Made by a program: the position numbers and the translations under genes
Notes under the pieces: model-generated
Told to the model about the DNA's origin: nothing
The model's input: the letters and a program-made list of their open reading frames with translations, nothing else
The model's database searches: none
Part shown: positions 7,132 through 11,216 of the stretch, in pieces
Layout of the letters: every line of letters begins with the position of its first letter
Numbering within the stretch: position 1 is the first letter of the stretch
NCBI RefSeq assembly: GCF_006345805.1
Contig: NW_021827222.1
Location: forward strand, 1 to 11,216
DNA length: 11,216 nt
Direction: 5' to 3'
From: Octopus sinensis
Taxonomy: Eukaryota

Positions 7132-7717
7132 ACACGTGTGTGTATGTGTATGCGCGCGCGTGTGTATGTGTGTGTGCGTGAGTGGACGTTTGTGTTGTGT
7201 TTGCACGAGTGTGTATGTGTCTTTGAGTCTGTCCCCTATCACCGCTCGACAACCAGTGTCGGTTTATTTACGTCCTCGTCTTCTAGCAGTCCGACAAAAG
7301 AGACCAATGGAATAAGTACTGGTTGCGGTCGATTCGTACCGCTAAAACCTTCAAAGTAGAGGTGCAATGGCCCAGTGGTTAGGGCAGCGGACTCGCGGTT
7401 GGAGGATCGCGGTTTCGATTCCCAGACCGGGCGTTGTATGTGCTTATTGAGCGAAAACACCAAAAGCTCCACGAGTCTCCGGCAGGAGGTGGGGTGGCGA
7501 CCCCTGTTGTACTCTTTCGCCCCAACTGTCTCTCACTCTTTCTTCCTGTTTCTTGAGTAACACTGCGATGGACTGGCGGCGTCCCGTCCAGCTGGCGTGG
7601 GGGGGAACACATACGCCATAGAAACCGGGAAATAAATAAATTTTTAAAAAACCTTCAAAGCAATGTCCCACCATGGCCGCAGTTTAATAAAATAACTGAA
7701 ACTAGTAAAAAACAAGA
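6921..7717 (+). mobile_element. Diverged SINE family A copy A7 (host of SINE D)
   Basis: Head TAGGTGCATG..GGTTCGATTTC, core CCTTGGACGAGTGTCTTC and (TG)n at 7085-7220. The 3' half is interrupted at 7356 and resumes at 7661 with CCATGGCCGCAG..AACTGAAACTAGTAAAA. Confidence 0.8.
7357..7647 (+). mobile_element. tRNA(Arg)-like-headed SINE, family D (my label), nested with a 13-bp TSD
   Basis: TSD AAAACCTTCAAAG at 7344-7356 and 7648-7660. A box TGGCCCAGTGG, anticodon-arm-like GGACTCGCGG (TCG), B-box-like GTTTCGATTCC and an A/T-rich 3' end. Confidence 0.85.
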
Positions 7718-8051
7718 GGTGAAATTTCCCAGTAGAATTCTCAAATAGTTGTGACTTTGATAGCACGCTAATCCAATACTATGACATCGTAAAAAGCACG
7801 TGATTTGTTGCTGCTGCGCAGTTTAAATAACGATAATGGGAATTACAATAAAGCTATGAACTCGAATAACGCCTTTATATGAAGAAATATCTGAAGATCA
7901 TATTATTACAAAATGGAAAACATGCGAATGTGTCAAGAAGTAAAACGAGACCGCCTGATAAATACACACATCCTTACGCGATTACGGCTTCCAGTTTGAG
8001 TGACCAATGCAATGAGTCACGAAATCATCGTAACAGTTGTTGAGCATAATA

Positions 8052-8595
8052 TTGGGTTGTTCGGAAAGTTCGTGCCGATTTTTAAAGGAAAGGAAAAGGT
8101 CAATAAATACTTGCCGTTACATTTTTAATCAACCAAATATGAACCATTTTGTGACACAATGCGTCTCCATCTTTCCTTTAACTTGAAAATACCCTCTTCC
8201 CAGAATTGAGGTGGTTTCATGGCAAAGAATTCATCAAGGTATCTTTTTACGTTATCCAAGGAATTGAAATCTTTACCATTAAGACTATTCTGCAGAGACC
8301 TGAATAAGTGGAAATCCTAAGGAGCAATATCTGGTGAATATGGAGGGTGGGGTAACACATCCCAACCGAGCTGTAGCAATTTTTGACTGGTTCCCAAAGC
8401 ATCAAGCGCCAAAACTGAATTTTCTTATCTTATAGTTTAGTTACAGAATTAACATAGGTTATAGGAACATAAACCTTCTTCCACGAAAAGATAGCTTAAA
8501 CTGTGCTCTAAATGGAGGTATAGTCAAATCCATGTTCTAAAAAAAGTCGAAAGGTAAGCTATTATAAATCGGCACGAACTTTCCGGACAACCCAA
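8052..8595 (-). mobile_element. Internally deleted mariner (DD34D-type) element, 544 bp
   Basis: 30-bp TIRs TTGGGTTGTTCGGAAAGTTCGTGCCGATTT (8052-8081) and AAATCGGCACGAACTTTCCGGACAACCCAA (8566-8595) differ at one base. TA flanks both ends (8050-8051, 8596-8597). Confidence 0.95.
8125..8397 (-). pseudogene. C-terminal fragment of mariner transposase
   Basis: LGTSQKLLQLGWDVLPHPPYSPDIAP*DFHLFRSLQNSLNGKDFNSLDNVKRYLDEFFAMKPPQFWEEGIFKLKERWRRIVSQNGSYLVD*. Diagnostic HPPYSPD(L/I)AP(S)D motif, with a stop at the Ser position (8317-8319). The N-terminal portion is deleted. Confidence 0.95.
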
Positions 8596-8700
8596 TAAGT
8601 CTGCTCTTTCCAGTTGGTAACTGGATGTCGTACACCTAAGGATTATACAGGATGCTGTCGGTAGTGAGTAGGTATATCGAAAAACAGGACACTAAGATTG

Positions 8701-8727
8701 AGTACATTGAAGTTTCTTCAATGTACT
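8701..8727. repeat. Perfect inverted repeat (12-bp stem, 3-nt loop)
   Basis: AGTACATTGAAG-TTT-CTTCAATGTACT. Confidence 0.9.
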
Positions 8728-8739
8728 TATACCATCCTT

Positions 8740-8964
8740 GAGGCGGCGACCTGGTAGAACCGTTTAGCACGCCGGGCAAGATGCTTAGCGGAATTTCGTC
8801 TGTCTTACATACTGAGTTCAAATTCCGCCGAGGTCGACTTTACATTTCATCTTTTAGGGGGGTCGATAAATTAAGTACCAGTTGCGTACTGGGGTCGATG
8901 TCTTTGACTTACCACCCTCCCTGAAATTGATGGCTTTATGACAAAAATCTGAAATCAATATTCG
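8740..8964 (+). mobile_element. SINE family C copy C2 (head, one module, terminal tail)
   Basis: AGGCGGCGACCTGGTAGAAC head, GAGTTCAAATTCC B box, tail CCCTCCCTGAAATTG..AAAATCTGAAATC. Flanked by TACCATCCTT at 8730-8739 and 8965-8974. Confidence 0.85.
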
Positions 8965-8974
8965 TACCATCCTT

Positions 8975-9378
8975 AAGGCGGCGAGCTGGCAGAAACGTTA
9001 GCACGCCGGGCGAAATGCTTAGCGGTATTTCGTCTGCCTTTACGTTCTGAGATCAAATTCCGCCCAGGTCGACTTTGCCTTTCATCCTTTCGGGGTCGTT
9101 AAATTAAGTACCAGTTACGCACTGGGGTCGGGATAATCGACTTAATCCGTTTATCTGTCCTTGTTTGTCCTCTTTGTGTTTAGCCCCTTGTGGGTAGTAA
9201 AGAAATAAGTATTTCGTACGTCGTAGCGTTCTGAGTTCAAAATCCGCCAAGGTGGACTTTGCCTTTCATCTTTTCTGGCTTGATAAAATAAGTACCAGTT
9301 GAACACCGGGTTCGATGTAATCGACTTGGCCCCTCCACTCAAAAACTGGTGACCCTATACGAAAATTTGAAACCGCTA
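8975..9378 (+). mobile_element. SINE family C copy C3 (head, 184-bp module, second diverged module, terminal tail)
   Basis: Head AAGGCGGCGAGCTGGCAGAAACG; modules start at 9024 and 9208; ends AAAATTTGAAACC. Confidence 0.85.
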
Positions 9379-9405
9379 TTTGTCATCCTATTTTACGTTT
9401 TTAAT

Positions 9406-9477
9406 CATCAGCATTCATCATCTTCATCATCATCGCCATCGTCATCGTGATTATGATCATCATCACAATCACGATGA
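9406..9477. repeat. Degenerate (CAT)n trinucleotide repeat
   Basis: ATCATCAGCATTCATCATCTTCATCATCATCGCCATCGTCATCG... Confidence 0.85.
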
Positions 9478-9506
9478 AAACAACACATTAAGAGCGAGTA
9501 CACTCG

Positions 9507-9573
9507 TATATACATACACACACACGCACATGTATATTCATATATACATATATAGATGTGTGTGTCTGTATAT

Positions 9574-9604
<31 letters not shown>

Positions 9605-9649
9605 TATATATTATGTATGTATATAGTATGTATGTATGAATGTATATAT

Positions 9650-9696
<47 letters not shown>

Positions 9697-9916
9697 TATG
9701 TTTATATATATACATATATATATACAAATATATATATATCGATAGATATACACTCGCACACACACATTCATATATATGTGTGCATGTATATGCAAGTGTG
9801 TATGTATGTATGCATGCATGCATGTATGTGTGTATGTATATACGTATATGTATATACGCATAATATATTACATATATATATAATACATATATATATATAT
9901 ATATATACATACATTA

Positions 9917-9947
<31 letters not shown>

Positions 9948-10003
9948 AATATATATATATACATGTATATAATAAATGAAAGAACAGGAAAACGAGTGTG
10001 TGT

Positions 10004-10057
<54 letters not shown>

Positions 10058-10070
10058 TGTATGTGTGTGC
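9507..10070. repeat. Compound microsatellite field: (TA)n, (TATG)n, (CA)n, then (GT)n at about 9995-10055
   Basis: Directly visible simple repeats; boundaries approximate. Confidence 0.95.
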
Positions 10071-10214
10071 ATGTCAGAGTGTTTATACGTTTGTATGTAC
10101 CACGATGCAAACCAAGATCTGTATACGTCATTATTCTTCATTGAATAATAGTCATATTTTTAAAGTCAAGGATTAGTAATTGATAACATAATTCACATCA
10201 TTGTCTTATGACCT

Positions 10215-10246
10215 CACTCGCTCTTTCTCTCTCTCTCCCTCACTCC

Positions 10247-10278
<32 letters not shown>

Positions 10279-10300
10279 GTTAATCTTTTTCTCTCTCTGC
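10215..10300. repeat. (CT)n microsatellite
   Basis: CTCTCTCT runs with interruptions. Confidence 0.9.
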
Positions 10301-10419
10301 CTTTCAGTCTGTTTCTTGCTTTTCGTCTTCGTCTTTCTCTTTTTTCTTTATGCATATCTGCTATGTGCTTTATCTGATATCTGCTTTGTTTGTCGTGTGT
10401 CTCTGCGCTTGCGTATGTA

Positions 10420-10834
10420 TGTGTTTTATTGTATGTATCTGTGTATGTGTGTGTGTGTTATTTATATACATATATACACACATACAAACATATACACACA
10501 TATACATATATATGTATGAATGCATTTATGTATGTATAAGTATATGCGTGGGTTGGTGTATGTATGTGTTTCTAGCAGACATGTGTCCACAAAATTATAA
10601 GAACACATCTCGCCATTATCGTAACTCTATATATATATATATTTATGCGTATATGTACGTACGTGTGTGTGTGTGTGTGGTGTGTGTATAGACGTACGTA
10701 TGAAGATATAGACGTATGGAGTATGTCTATACACATATACACACACCATAGATACAGTTACCATACACGTGCCTGTATCGCATACATTCACAACACATAA
10801 ACAACCTCACGTGTGTACACCACACGCATCTAAA

Positions 10835-10893
<59 letters not shown>

Positions 10894-10910
10894 GCATGCA
10901 CGCACGCGCA
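10420..10910. repeat. Compound (TG)/(TA)/(CA) microsatellite field ending in (CA)n at about 10835-10890
   Basis: Directly visible simple repeats; boundaries approximate. Confidence 0.9.
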
Positions 10911-11216
10911 GAAACAGTCACAAGCTCACATCAAATTGCAGCAGACACACAGTCACACGATGACCACACACTTTACATTCTCTTCGCAATTTGCCATAAT
11001 GTAATATTTTGACACAGCAATATCAATTTACATTATTCGTTGGCGACGTTGCCTTTGTGTCAACTTCAGACCACCATATTTGTCTTATGGAGCTGTCTCG
11101 AAAACAAAGCAAGCGCCAAAGAGACAGGCCTCTTAAATGAGCGCTCAACCTGCTTGAAATACTAACCAAATCTTTATAAAATCTCATCCTACCTTCTTAA
11201 AGAGCTCATTGAATAA

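Noticed and set aside
10960-11216. Unique sequence at the window end with a minus-strand AAG|GTAGGA donor-like site near 11190
   Set aside because: The putative exon would run off the window edge and only about 8 codons are visible, so it cannot be supported.

Overview
Repeat-dense eukaryotic non-coding or intronic DNA, most likely cephalopod (Octopus-like). That assignment is an inference from the tRNA-derived SINE families, the (TA)n/(GT)n/(CA)n load and the TTAGGG-type repeat. I find no intact protein-coding gene, real tRNA/rRNA gene or CRISPR array. Almost all ORFs in the track are artefacts of microsatellites or SINEs. Supported DNA-transposon and LTR-type content: a 422-bp MITE with perfect 30-bp TIRs, an 8-bp TSD and an internal telomere-like tract (143-564); a 192-bp TG...CA solo-LTR-like insert with a 5-bp TSD (800-991); an internally deleted DD37D (maT) Tc1/mariner element (1207-2103); and an internally deleted mariner (8052-8595). 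At least four tRNA-derived SINE families (my labels A-D) occur as nested, split and tandem copies. There is also a 347-bp tandem duplication bounded by (TA)n and long compound microsatellites. The best second-look signals are three. First, two diverged non-repeat segments (2671-2858 and 6089-6234) share a protein-like motif with frame-preserving indels. Second, one SINE appears split by a 1.57-kb captured fragment flanked by a 7-bp direct repeat. Third, one SINE family carries a 184-bp internal module in variable tandem copy number. Nothing here amounts to a demonstrated new biological system.
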